Below, one piece after another: positions 10,692 through 20,608 of a stretch of 64,000 nucleotides of DNA. How positions within the stretch are numbered: position 1 is the stretch's first letter; each line of letters begins with the position of its first letter. The stretch covers positions 2,446 through 66,445 of the forward strand of contig JBDHXA010000003.1 of assembly GCA_039810485.1 (NCBI GenBank), in the 5' to 3' direction. The notes beneath the pieces are model-generated. The model was not told the DNA's origin, did no database searches, and was given only the letters and a program-made list of their open reading frames with translations. The stretch comes from Chlorobiota bacterium. Its GTDB lineage: Bacteria > Bacteroidota > Ignavibacteria > Kapaibacteriales > UBA961. The position numbers and the translations under genes are program-made.

Positions 10692-11813
10692 ATGAATATA
10701 GGCATAGTGTGCTATCCAACCTACGGCGGCAGCGGCGTTGTCGCAACTGAACTCGGCGCGGCTCTTGCTCTTCGCGGACATCAAGTTCATTTCATCACCT
10801 ACGCTCAGCCGATGCGCTTGGATAGGTTTCAGGAAAATATATCTTATCATGAAGTTGAGCTTCCAAATTACCCTCTTTTTGAATTCCAACTCTATGCTCT
10901 TGCGCTTGCAAGCAAAATACTTGACGTTGCAAAATACGAAAACTTGGATATTCTTCACGTTCATTATGCAATTCCACATGCAGTCAGTGGGTATTTAGTA
11001 AAGCAAATGCTGAACGGCAAATCAAATATGAAGCTCGTAACAACTCTTCACGGCACTGATATTACGCTAATAGGGCTTGAGCCGAGTTTTCTTCCTTTAG
11101 TCAAATTCTCGATTGAGCAAAGTGACGCTGTTACCGCAGTTTCTCGCTTTTTAGCAGAAAAGACCAAAACAAGTTTTACGGACAAACAGCACATTGAAGT
11201 CATCAACAATTTTATAGACACAACAATCTATAAACGCGAGGAATGTCCGTCGCGCCGCAAACAATTTGCGCCTAACGGGGAGAAAATTTTAATGCATACT
11301 TCAAATTTTCGCGAAGTAAAGCGTCTGCCTGACGTTATTCGCATTTTTGCTTTGGTTTTGGAGCAAGTTCCGTCTAAATTAGTATTGATAGGCGACGGCC
11401 CCGATCGCGCTGACGCCGAACGTCTCAGCCGCGAGCTTGGCATATCTGAGCATGTTCGGTTTTTAGGTAAACAAAGCGCTTTGCCGCAAATACTTTCTGC
11501 TGCCGATATTTTTTTACTTCCTAGCCAATCAGAAAGTTTTGGTCTGGCCGCGCTTGAAGCGATGAGTTGCGGAGTGCCTGTTGTAGCAACAAATATGGGC
11601 GGAATACCCGAAGTTGTTTCTCATGGCGAATCTGGCTATATTGCCGAACTTGGCGATGTGAAGCGTCTTGCGCGCTATGCGACCGAGTTGCTAACACAAC
11701 CGCGTCGTTGGGAAGATTTCAGCCGCAATGCCAGAAATCGCGCGGTGGAACTTTTCGACAAGGAGCTAATCGTTCCTCAATATGAAGATCTCTACAGCCG
11801 TATTGTCAGATAA
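10692..11813 (+). CDS. bshA: N-acetyl-alpha-D-glucosaminyl L-malate synthase (bacillithiol biosynthesis glycosyltransferase, GT4)
   Basis: The N-terminus IGIVCYPTYGGSGVVATELGAALALRGHQVHFIT ... LDILHVHYAIPHA matches BshA nearly position for position. The GT4 C-terminal E-x7-E region is present. Confidence 0.75.
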   Translation: MNIGIVCYPTYGGSGVVATELGAALALRGHQVHFITYAQPMRLDRFQENISYHEVELPNYPLFEFQLYALALASKILDVAKYENLDILHVHYAIPHAVSGYLVKQMLNGKSNMKLVTTLHGTDITLIGLEPSFLPLVKFSIEQSDAVTAVSRFLAEKTKTSFTDKQHIEVINNFIDTTIYKREECPSRRKQFAPNGEKILMHTSNFREVKRLPDVIRIFALVLEQVPSKLVLIGDGPDRADAERLSRELGISEHVRFLGKQSALPQILSAADIFLLPSQSESFGLAALEAMSCGVPVVATNMGGIPEVVSHGESGYIAELGDVKRLARYATELLTQPRRWEDFSRNARNRAVELFDKELIVPQYEDLYSRIVR

Positions 11814-11824
11814 GGTTTATTTCA

Positions 11825-13255
11825 TCATTCCTGCTTCTCGCTTTTTGCTGACCGCCTCAAAAATTTTTGCATATATTTTAATATAAAAGGTATTTGCATT
11901 GATTCTGAATTTATGCGAAGCGTTATAAACAGGCCAATTGCCCCAATGATGGCATTTCCCAGCCACATACCAAGAGCTGGCGAAATCATATCTCTATCCG
12001 CTAATTTCTCGCCGGCTATCAGCGATGCCCAATAAACAATATAAATTGCGAGAGAAATTGCGGCAGAAACCCCAAAATTTCCGCGTCGTGTCATAACTCC
12101 AAGCGGACAGCCGATAAAAACAAAAACAAAACACGCAAAAGGGATAGAGTATTTTTTATAAATTTCAACTAAAAGACCACGAATGCGCGATTGAATGTCA
12201 GAGCGTTGAAAATTTTCAGATTCTAATGCAGAGCGAATCATTGATAATCTGTTTTGCACTCGCTGCCACGCAGCTTCATCGCTCAAACCTACAGTATTTT
12301 TTGTTTTTTCATGCTGAAAGACATGCAATAATTGAGCATCAATTTCACGAGAAATTAACGAATCAGTTCTTTGCAACGACGCTTCAGCATCAGCTACCAT
12401 GCCTCGCATGGTAGCAATATTAAGCTCGCGATCGCCGCGCGAGAACATATCGTCACCCGATCTCGTGAAGAGAAAATCAGTGGTTTCTAATGCAATGCGA
12501 TGCTTTGAGAAAAATATTTGTCTAAAATCTGCCGGATTTTGTCTGCCAACCTGATGTATTTCTCCGTGTCGAAGCAAGATTATAATCCGTGTAAAAGTGC
12601 TGTTAAACGCCACAAATCCGGTATCGGCAGATACGACACTCGAGCGCGTCGACGAAGATTGATCGTAGATTGTAACGCCCAACAGCGTCCCATCGGCAGT
12701 AACGTTTCTTGCAAGTATAGTATAGCCCTCAATTTGCGACACAAACCGCCCTGCTTCAATGGCAAATGTCGGCTTTTTTCGCTGAATATCCTGCATCAAA
12801 GTTTTAGCACGATGATTCGCATCTGGCAGCACATCGTCATTGAAACGATAAACGCCATAGGTCAGCAATAGTCCGACAATTATTACGGGACGCATCATGC
12901 GCAACAAACTTACACCAGATGCACGAGCGATAGTAATTTCATGCGCAGCCGACATGCCGCCAAACGACATGAGAGTCATAAACAAAACTCCCATTGGCAC
13001 GGCAAGCACCAGCATCCATGCTAAATTAAGCCCAACTACTTGAATAATAACCCAATTATCAAGTCCCTTGCCAACCAGTTTGTCAATAAAATTCAGAACA
13101 AATTGAAGAACAAAGACAAACATCACAACAGCTGTTCCGAAGAAAAACGGCCCAACTTGAAAGCGTAAAAGATAAAATGCAAGTATCATAACAGCAAAGA
13201 TACTGACGACCGTCGGAACAATGACTAAAAAATCATAGTGTAAAAACTGACGCAT
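11825..13255 (-). CDS. LptF/LptG family permease (YjgP/YjgQ)
   Basis: The N-terminal YLLRFQVGPFFFGTAVVMFVF pattern, a multi-TM topology, and a large periplasmic loop. Confidence 0.7.
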   Translation of the reverse strand: MRQFLHYDFLVIVPTVVSIFAVMILAFYLLRFQVGPFFFGTAVVMFVFVLQFVLNFIDKLVGKGLDNWVIIQVVGLNLAWMLVLAVPMGVLFMTLMSFGGMSAAHEITIARASGVSLLRMMRPVIIVGLLLTYGVYRFNDDVLPDANHRAKTLMQDIQRKKPTFAIEAGRFVSQIEGYTILARNVTADGTLLGVTIYDQSSSTRSSVVSADTGFVAFNSTFTRIIILLRHGEIHQVGRQNPADFRQIFFSKHRIALETTDFLFTRSGDDMFSRGDRELNIATMRGMVADAEASLQRTDSLISREIDAQLLHVFQHEKTKNTVGLSDEAAWQRVQNRLSMIRSALESENFQRSDIQSRIRGLLVEIYKKYSIPFACFVFVFIGCPLGVMTRRGNFGVSAAISLAIYIVYWASLIAGEKLADRDMISPALGMWLGNAIIGAIGLFITLRINSESMQIPFILKYMQKFLRRSAKSEKQE

Positions 13256-13378
13256 CCGGCTTTTTTCGGTAATTTTGCGCTTTCGTGTTCACATTAACAG
13301 CAATTATATTGTAAATATTGCCCGAACACAAACTGCATAAAAATAACGATTGTTTCAATCTTTGCTTTTGTTCAGATT

Positions 13379-14770
13379 ATGAAATTTCGCTCTGAAACTG
13401 ATACAATGGGCGCTATTGAGGTGCCTGAATCTGCATATTATGGCGCGCAAACAGCGCGTTCTTTGCATCACTTTGCCATAGGCATTGAAAAAATGCCGCG
13501 AGAACTCATTCGCGCCATTGGCATTCTTAAAAAAGCGGCCGCAATTGTCAATAATGAACTTGGATTGCTGGCAGCAGACAAAAAAGACATTATTTGTCGA
13601 GCAGCCGATGAAGTTATCGCTGGTGTCCTTGACGAGCACTTTCCACTTTCTGTATGGCAAACCGGCTCTGGTACACAGACAAATATGAACGCCAACGAAG
13701 TGATCTCGAATCGCGCCATTGAAATGGCCGGCGGCGTTCTGGGCAGTAAAAAACCGGTGCATCCAAATGATGACGTAAATAAATCGCAAAGTTCGAACGA
13801 CACCTATCCGACTGCCATGCATATAGCTGCGGCTGAACAAATTACAGGACGCCTCATGCCGGCAGTTCGTGCGCTGCACAGCACTTTAGCTTCTAAAGCT
13901 ATTGAATTTGAAGGATATATTAAGAGCGGTCGTACTCATCTGATGGATGCCACGCCCGTAACTCTCGGGCAAGAATTTTCCGGTTATACTCAGCAGCTTT
14001 CCAATGCTCTTTCGCGATTGGAGCTTGTTTTACCTGGCTTGTATGAGCTTGCTTTGGGCGGAACTGCCGTCGGCACCGGCTTGAATACGCATCCTGAATT
14101 TGCAGTCCGCTCGGCCGAAACAATTGCATTGCTTACTAATCTGCCATTTGTTTCAGCTCCGAATAAATTTGAATCACTAGCAGCGCACGACGCTTTAGTT
14201 TTCGCGCATGGTGCTTTGAAAACTTTAGCTGCCTCACTAATGAAAATTGCTAATGATATTCGCTGGATGGCTTCCGGCCCTCGCTGCGGTTTAGGAGAAA
14301 TATCGATACCTGAAAATGAGCCGGGAAGCTCCATTATGCCGGGCAAAGTAAATCCTACACAATCTGAAGCAATGACTATGGTTGCAGTTCAAGTAATGGG
14401 CAATGATGCCGCAATAGGATTTGCCGGTTCGCAAGGCAATTTTGAACTAAATGTGTTCAAGCCGGTGATCATATACAATTTTCTTCAAAGCGTTCGATTG
14501 CTTGCAGATGCCTGCGCAATGTTCGATGAGTTCTGCGCCAATGGCATAGCAGCCAATCATGAACGACTGAAATACTACAATGAATCTTCGCTGATGTTAG
14601 TAACCGCACTCAACCCTCATATTGGCTACGACAATGCGGCAAAAATTGCAAAATATGCCCATAAAAGCGGTGGCACTTTGCGAAGCGCTGCAATAGAACT
14701 TGGACTGCTCACAGGCGAAGAATTTGACCGTCTTGTTCGCCCAGAAACTATGCTTGGTCCTAATGTATAA
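13379..14770 (+). CDS. fumC: Class II fumarate hydratase / aspartate ammonia-lyase family, most likely fumarase C
   Basis: The signature [16 protein letters not shown], an N-terminal DTMGAIEVP...YYGAQTARS, and a length of 463 aa. Confidence 0.7.
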   Translation: MKFRSETDTMGAIEVPESAYYGAQTARSLHHFAIGIEKMPRELIRAIGILKKAAAIVNNELGLLAADKKDIICRAADEVIAGVLDEHFPLSVWQTGSGTQTNMNANEVISNRAIEMAGGVLGSKKPVHPNDDVNKSQSSNDTYPTAMHIAAAEQITGRLMPAVRALHSTLASKAIEFEGYIKSGRTHLMDATPVTLGQEFSGYTQQLSNALSRLELVLPGLYELALGGTAVGTGLNTHPEFAVRSAETIALLTNLPFVSAPNKFESLAAHDALVFAHGALKTLAASLMKIANDIRWMASGPRCGLGEISIPENEPGSSIMPGKVNPTQSEAMTMVAVQVMGNDAAIGFAGSQGNFELNVFKPVIIYNFLQSVRLLADACAMFDEFCANGIAANHERLKYYNESSLMLVTALNPHIGYDNAAKIAKYAHKSGGTLRSAAIELGLLTGEEFDRLVRPETMLGPNV

Positions 14771-14869
14771 ATCATCTGTCACATTATTCACAATAAAATG
14801 TCAAACAACAAGTTATCTTTCACTTCTATTCACGCGGCAAAGCCGCATTATTTCACAAACGGAGCGCTC

Positions 14870-15550
14870 ATGAAAACTCTGGCAGCAGTATTACTAACAT
14901 TGACCATCGCCTTCGCACAGGCATGTTCGCAAAACCCAAAAGGAGCAAAAGTGGATTTAAAGAACGAAAAAGATTCAGCAAGCTACGCGCTTGGCATGAA
15001 CATAGGACAAAATTTGAAAAAGCAAGGTTTTGACCTTGATCTCAATATTATGTTCAAATCATTGGAAGAGGCCTATAAAGAGCAAAAAATGGTTATGGAC
15101 GAACAACATGCTATGACGATTCTCCAAAACTATGCCATGAAAGCGCAACAAAAAGCCGCTTCAGAAGGCAAGAAAAAAGGCGAAGAATTTCTAGCTCAAA
15201 ACAGAAACAAGCCCGGCGTTAAAGTTACTCCGAGCGGCTTGCAATACATTGAAATGAAAGCCGGCACCGGTGAAATGCCGCATGACACATCGAAAGTTCG
15301 CGTTCACTATACAGGCACATTGATTGACGGCACTAAATTCGATAGTTCGGTTGATCGAGGCGAACCAGCAGAATTTCCGGTTAATGGCGTTATCAAGGGC
15401 TGGACAGAAGCATTGAAAATGATGAAAGTCGGCTCGAAATGGAAATTGTTCATTCCCAGCGACCTTGCTTATGGCGAGCATGGACAAGGCCCCATCCCTG
15501 CCAATTCAGTTCTTGTTTTCGAAGTTGAACTACTTGGAATTACCAAGTAA
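14870..15550 (+). CDS. FKBP-type peptidyl-prolyl cis-trans isomerase (FkpA-like, periplasmic)
   Basis: A signal peptide starting at MKTLAAV and the FKBP domain VRVHYTGTLIDGTKFDSS...GVIKGWTEAL...YGEHG. The ORF track's start at 14798 is probably an N-terminal over-extension. Confidence 0.8.
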   Translation: MKTLAAVLLTLTIAFAQACSQNPKGAKVDLKNEKDSASYALGMNIGQNLKKQGFDLDLNIMFKSLEEAYKEQKMVMDEQHAMTILQNYAMKAQQKAASEGKKKGEEFLAQNRNKPGVKVTPSGLQYIEMKAGTGEMPHDTSKVRVHYTGTLIDGTKFDSSVDRGEPAEFPVNGVIKGWTEALKMMKVGSKWKLFIPSDLAYGEHGQGPIPANSVLVFEVELLGITK

Positions 15551-15629
15551 TTTGCATTGCAACGAACAAAGCCCTGATGCGAATTTTCGCACGGGGCTTT
15601 TTTTGTAGTATTATAGTAATTATACAGTT

Positions 15630-16715
15630 ATGCAGAATCTCATACGTCGCTTAACGGCAATGCTTTTCCGCATTATTTTTCGTAATTCTCCGGCACAAAT
15701 GCCGCTCGAAAGAAATTCTACAAAGAAAATACTCATATTGCGCTACGACTTATTAGGCGATATGGCTGTTACTACACCTCTTATCTGCTATCTAAAACAT
15801 CAGATTCCAAAAGCTGAAATTCATATAGTCGGCTCGCAACGCAATATTGGCTTGCTTCGCTGCAATACCGATATAAGCCGCATATATTGCTACGAATTTT
15901 CACTCCTATCATTTTTAAGAATAGCCAAAAAATGCCGCAAAGAAAATTATGATGCAGTTTTTTCGATAGTTTTCCACAAAACAACGAAATCGGGAATTTG
16001 GGCTAATTTCTGCGGTGGGCGTAAAGCTATTAAAATAACTAATCTGAATTATAGTCGCGAAAAACTCTATTCTTCCATGTTTAATGCAATGATTCCGCTA
16101 ACGCATGGGAAATATACTATGGCAGAACTTTTGGTACAAATGGCAGCGGCGGCCTACGGCTTGAAATACACAGCCGAAGACATTCAATTTTCACTGCCTT
16201 ACGACAAAATTAATGCTAATAAAGCAAATAATTTTTTAGAAAATATTGAACCGGAATATCGGATTTTTATCAATATATCCACAAGCAGACCTGAGAATTG
16301 CTGGCCGGTTGAAAACTGGATTTCCTTATTAGATTTGCTTCATACTTATTTTCCAAATCTGCAATTTATTCTTGGCGGCATAAAAAATGACAATGGAAAT
16401 CTATTGCTAATAACCAATCGGCATGGAGAGTATTGCCGAATTGTGTCTCAAACAACCGATATCCTCGACATTTGTGCCGTTATTGACAGATGCAGATTAG
16501 TTATTTCGCCGGATACAGGAATTGTGCACATTGCCACCGGACTAAAAAAGCCAGTTCTTGGATTATATACGCCCTTGCATAAAGGAACGGAATTTTTACC
16601 TATCTATAGACCGTATGAGGTCGTGTTCAGCGATGAATATATGCCGGTTTCAGCTCTTATGCCATCCAAAGTTGCAGATGCATTTTGCAGATTATGGAAT
16701 GAAGTGAACAGTTGA
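15630..16715 (+). CDS. Glycosyltransferase family 9 (ADP-heptose:LPS heptosyltransferase-like)
   Basis: ILILRYDLLGDMAVTTPLI at the N-terminus and a C-terminal nucleotide-sugar binding region (ISPDTGIVHIA). Confidence 0.7.
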   Translation: MQNLIRRLTAMLFRIIFRNSPAQMPLERNSTKKILILRYDLLGDMAVTTPLICYLKHQIPKAEIHIVGSQRNIGLLRCNTDISRIYCYEFSLLSFLRIAKKCRKENYDAVFSIVFHKTTKSGIWANFCGGRKAIKITNLNYSREKLYSSMFNAMIPLTHGKYTMAELLVQMAAAAYGLKYTAEDIQFSLPYDKINANKANNFLENIEPEYRIFINISTSRPENCWPVENWISLLDLLHTYFPNLQFILGGIKNDNGNLLLITNRHGEYCRIVSQTTDILDICAVIDRCRLVISPDTGIVHIATGLKKPVLGLYTPLHKGTEFLPIYRPYEVVFSDEYMPVSALMPSKVADAFCRLWNEVNS

Positions 16716-17094
16716 AGAAATAATTGACAATGCAGAGTTTGGAGACAGATTAGAAGCAACGATTAATTTTGATATTACCACCAATTAAGATCTCGAGCTT
16801 AACCTGAGATGCGTATAACATAAGCTCAAAATAAACGAATAATCAAAGAATCAAACGATATTGCTAATATTTTAATGGTATCATGTTAAAGCAGCCGAAG
16901 CAGAAAAGGATGTTAATAATAGCTCTGTCAAAGTTTATAAATTCTCTATAAATATTACAGGATGTATTCTATTAGGCAGATTATAGAACATCGAATTCGT
17001 CAACAATGAAATTTATCAAATCGTTTTTATATCACAGTCGGTTGCTATATTTTTGTATCAACTTGGTTTTTATTAACACTTGTAGAATGTAATT

Positions 17095-17700
17095 ATGAGC
17101 AGCGATATTAAAGGACCACAACGTTTAGGGCCATTAACTCCATTGGTAGGTGAATGGGAAGGAAATGTTGGCGTAGATGTGTCGTACCACAACAATGATG
17201 ATGAAACTGGCAAAACATCATATTTTGAAAAGGCATGGTTTAAGCCAATCCCAACAACTGAAAATGGCAAGCAGTCGTTAGAAGGATTGACATATCAATC
17301 AATTGCATGGAGGCACGGCGAGGAAGCCATGACTCCTTTTCATGATGAAGTCGGATTTTTGATATGGGATAAAAAACGAAATCAAGTAATACGCTCGGTT
17401 GTTTTTGGACGCGGAATTGCCATACAAGCTGGCGCCACGGCTGAAGCAAGAGATAAGGAACTTCATTTCAAAGCAACGGCCGGAGATCCTATTTATGGAA
17501 TTTTGCAGAATGGATACTTAAAAGAACATGCTGAAATTATAACTTTTGAGAGCACGTTCAAATTTAATGATGACGGCACATTCACTCATTCATCAGATTT
17601 AATAATGAAATTAACCGCTCTAGGTGGAGTAGAAATGCATCATACTGATATCAACACTCTGCATAAAGTAAAAGATTATCATCCTAGCGCCGAGAAATAA
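17095..17700 (+). CDS. Nitrobindin / THAP4-like heme-binding beta-barrel domain protein (DUF1794-like)
   Basis: An N-terminal LxxLxGxWxGxG motif (LTPLVGEWEGNVG) and a size of about 200 aa, typical for this family. Confidence 0.5.
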   Translation: MSSDIKGPQRLGPLTPLVGEWEGNVGVDVSYHNNDDETGKTSYFEKAWFKPIPTTENGKQSLEGLTYQSIAWRHGEEAMTPFHDEVGFLIWDKKRNQVIRSVVFGRGIAIQAGATAEARDKELHFKATAGDPIYGILQNGYLKEHAEIITFESTFKFNDDGTFTHSSDLIMKLTALGGVEMHHTDINTLHKVKDYHPSAEK

Positions 17701-17925
17701 TCTTTCAAAATACTAACAATTCCGCTTCTTCTGCCGGCAATAATCTACCTTCGCGATTATCTCTGCAAGATTATCGTAATGAAAGGTGCATTATTGCCGG
17801 CAGTTTGCATAATAAAATCACAAAACAGATGAAATGGATTGATACTATTTAAAGAAGTATTTTCAATAGAGTTTTTAATGGTGTCATTTTTTATTTGCAA
17901 AAAATAATGAAATGGATAGTGAGTA

Positions 17926-18567
17926 TTAGATTATATCAGGAAATTCATAACGATAAATACCTAAATCCATATCTTCTGGCTTAATTGTGATAAGTTCTTT
18001 AATTATGCCATTGTGCATATCATACACCCAACCATGCACCAAAGGACGATGTTCGCCCTGCGATGAATGCTGCACAAACGAAGTTTGGGCAATGTGAAAT
18101 GTTTGCTCTATTACATTAAATTCCACTAATTTGTCAAGCCGTGCTTCTTCATCTTCAATCTTTTCTAACTCGAGTGCATGAATGCGATAAACATCCTGAA
18201 TGTGCCTTAACCATTTATTTATCAGTCCAAGATATTTCGGCGACATAGCGGCCTGCACTCCGCCGCATCCATAATGCCCGCATACTATAATATGTTTGAC
18301 TTTAAGCACTTCGACAGCATATTGAATAACGCTTAGCAAGTTAAAGTCGGTGTGAACAACAAGATTTGCAACATTGCGGTGCACAAAAATTTCACCAGAG
18401 ACAGAACCAGTAATTTCTTCGGCCGGCACCCGGCTGTCAGAACATCCTATCCAGAGGAATTCTGGTGCCTGCCCTTGAGCAATTCTTTCAAAGAAACCCG
18501 GAGATTCTTTTGATTTCTTTTGCGACCATGATTTGTTTTCAGCAAGGAGTTTCTTATATAAGTCCAT
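17926..18567 (-). CDS. Beta-class carbonic anhydrase
   Basis: The CSDSRV and HYGCGGV zinc-ligand motifs. The start is taken at MDLYKK (214 aa). The track ORF (to 18777) is over-extended into the divergent promoter region. Confidence 0.8.
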   Translation of the reverse strand: MDLYKKLLAENKSWSQKKSKESPGFFERIAQGQAPEFLWIGCSDSRVPAEEITGSVSGEIFVHRNVANLVVHTDFNLLSVIQYAVEVLKVKHIIVCGHYGCGGVQAAMSPKYLGLINKWLRHIQDVYRIHALELEKIEDEEARLDKLVEFNVIEQTFHIAQTSFVQHSSQGEHRPLVHGWVYDMHNGIIKELITIKPEDMDLGIYRYEFPDII

Positions 18568-18717
18568 ACCAATTAGAATTTGATAATAAATCTTAGCTTT
18601 GTAATGTAATTTTGGCAAAGATACTGTAATTTTATCTTTCGCTCGGTTAAACCTTCGCAAAGAAAAGAAAGTCGAATGAACATATTTTGCTTTCTGATTA
18701 CAAAGCACGAGTGATAT

Positions 18718-19326
18718 ATGTTTCAACAGGCAATTGCTGTGGAGAATGATTTTGGATTGGTGAAAGAATTTATTCAAGGCGATTCCGAGCGAGCAGCATC
18801 GGCCTTTGTGCGACGTTATAAGTCATTTGTCTATTCAACTGCTTTTAGACATTTGAAATCGCATGACGACGCTGACGATGCTTCGCAAGAAGTATTCATT
18901 CGCGCATTTAAAAATTTAGCAACATTTAAGGGTGAGAGTTCAATCCAAACATGGCTCTATCGCATAACATTGAATGTATGCGCCAATATGAGAAGAAAAA
19001 AACGCTTCACATCTTTTTTCTCTTTTGATAATGATGAAGAAGAAATAGAAATAGCTGATTCTGCTGGAATAAGTCCGCATAATTCAACAGAAACCAATGA
19101 CTTTATGGAGCATTTTAATAAAATGCTCAACACATTGCCGGAAAAACAGCGTGAGGCCTTTGCGCTTCGATATTTTCACGAAATGTCTTACGAAGAAATA
19201 TCTGTTATGCTCGGCACAAGCATAGGCGGTCTAAAAGCTAATTATTTTCATGCTGTTAAGAAATTGGGAGAACTTTTAAAAAATAGCGAACTTTTGACAG
19301 GACAAAGACATGGATATACAAAATAA
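18718..19326 (+). CDS. RNA polymerase sigma-70 factor, ECF subfamily
   Basis: Region 2 ([33 protein letters not shown]) and region 4 ([23 protein letters not shown]). Confidence 0.85.
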   Translation: MFQQAIAVENDFGLVKEFIQGDSERAASAFVRRYKSFVYSTAFRHLKSHDDADDASQEVFIRAFKNLATFKGESSIQTWLYRITLNVCANMRRKKRFTSFFSFDNDEEEIEIADSAGISPHNSTETNDFMEHFNKMLNTLPEKQREAFALRYFHEMSYEEISVMLGTSIGGLKANYFHAVKKLGELLKNSELLTGQRHGYTK

Positions 19327-19954
19327 AGATAAAGCTGATTTTCGCAGGCGAATGGAAGAAATGCTTGCTGATTATGCTTTTGACCGGCTGCCAATGAGCG
19401 AAAAAGAGGAATTTGAGCAAAATTTATCGGAATTTCCTGATATTCAATTGGAACTGCTCGAAGTTCAAAAGGTGTTTAGTAGAGTTTATCGAGCAGATTT
19501 CGATGAGTATTTTGACCGTCGCACACGCAATCTTTCTGTGCATGTCTTGCAAAGATTTGAAACCAAAGCTCATCTTCGCAGAGTTTTATCTAAACTAATT
19601 CCTGCACTTAGTATTGTTGCTGCATTTGTTGCATTTGCAATATTTCACAAGCCGTCATCAATCGAAGATGCTAATTCGCCGATGGCCATGGTAACTCAAA
19701 GCGATGCTGATTATCTTGCTTCGGCAGCGTCTAACGACGATGAAATTGCGGCTATTCTTAATGATATTGCTCCTATGCTTACGCCTGAAACTATTCCTGC
19801 TCTTTCTATTGACGCCATTAATTCTATTGACATGCTTTCGGCAGTTTCCACTCCTTTTAACGAATCGTTGCTGGAAGATCAGTTGCTTTCAGTTTTTTCA
19901 GATTCAGATTTAAACAATATTTTAGGAGAAAGCGACGATGATTCTTCGTTGTAA
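19310..19954 (+). CDS. Putative anti-sigma factor (single-pass membrane protein)
   Basis: It overlaps the ECF sigma stop by 17 nt and has one TM helix (LIPALSIVAAFVAFAIF) after an about 90-aa cytoplasmic domain. Its position matches the usual sigma / anti-sigma arrangement. Confidence 0.55.
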   Translation: MDIQNKDKADFRRRMEEMLADYAFDRLPMSEKEEFEQNLSEFPDIQLELLEVQKVFSRVYRADFDEYFDRRTRNLSVHVLQRFETKAHLRRVLSKLIPALSIVAAFVAFAIFHKPSSIEDANSPMAMVTQSDADYLASAASNDDEIAAILNDIAPMLTPETIPALSIDAINSIDMLSAVSTPFNESLLEDQLLSVFSDSDLNNILGESDDDSSL

Positions 19955-20435
19955 TAGTTTTAAAAATTCTTGTCATATTTTTATTGTCGCAATTCTTATT
20001 AGTGTTTCCTGCGTTGGAAGCGCACAAGCGCAGCATCGCGAGAAAGTTAAAGAGCGCGTGGATATTTTGCGAAAAACTCGGCTGGCCGACGTATTGTTTT
20101 TGAATGAACAAGATGCGCCAAAATTCTTTGCAAAATATGATTTGCTGCAGAAGAAGGTAAGAGAAGCGCGCGAAGGATTGCGCTCAGCAATTTCTGAACT
20201 TGAAAATTCAGTGCAAAAAAAATCCGGCAATTTATCTCAAAAGAGCGAAGTCGTTTTTGAAAAACAAACTGCTTACAATAATGCTATGATCGAAAAAATA
20301 CGAGGATTAAAGCCGATTCTTACAGAAGAACAATATGCAAAACTTGTTGTTTTTGAGCATAATTTTCCGCTTCAACTCCAAAAAATATTAATGAAACACG
20401 CCAAGAAGCAAGAAGAAGCGGCAAACGACGAATAA
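19938..20435 (+). CDS. Periplasmic Spy/CpxP-like (LTXXQ-type) helical protein, third gene of the ECF operon
   Basis: A signal peptide and a coiled-coil-rich, Lys/Glu-rich sequence. It overlaps the anti-sigma stop. Confidence 0.4.
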   Translation: MILRCNSFKNSCHIFIVAILISVSCVGSAQAQHREKVKERVDILRKTRLADVLFLNEQDAPKFFAKYDLLQKKVREAREGLRSAISELENSVQKKSGNLSQKSEVVFEKQTAYNNAMIEKIRGLKPILTEEQYAKLVVFEHNFPLQLQKILMKHAKKQEEAANDE

Positions 20436-20470
20436 TAATCTTGGCCAAGACCAAATACAACAGAACAGCT

Positions 20471-20502
20471 CGCAATAACTTATTATTGCGGGCTTTTTTA
20501 TT
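20471..20502 (+). terminator. Rho-independent terminator after the ECF sigma operon
   Basis: cgcaataa-ctta-ttattgcg is an 8-bp perfect stem followed by ggcTTTTTTaTT. Confidence 0.7.
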
Positions 20503-20608
20503 GCCGCAGATTCTACACTGAAGTGCAACGGATGCAATAAATAAAGAGTTAGGTAAAGTGTCATAGTGCAACAACCCAACTACGAGTTTATCACATACGG
20601 AGCACAAT

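Noticed and set aside
13355-14346. Minus-strand ORFs (13355-13879, 13468-13803, 13990-14346) antisense to the fumarase gene
   Set aside because: They sit within a high-confidence fumC CDS, have no motifs, and show the composition typical of antisense frames.
14798-14869. N-terminal 24-aa extension of the FKBP gene
   Set aside because: The extension lacks signal-peptide character. MKTLAAVLLTL downstream is a proper signal peptide start.
17926-18777. Long form (283 aa) of the beta-carbonic anhydrase ORF, which overlaps the ECF sigma gene start
   Set aside because: The first 70 residues are low-complexity and unlike the CA N-terminus. The internal Met (MDLYKK) gives the canonical ~214-aa beta-CA and restores a divergent promoter region.
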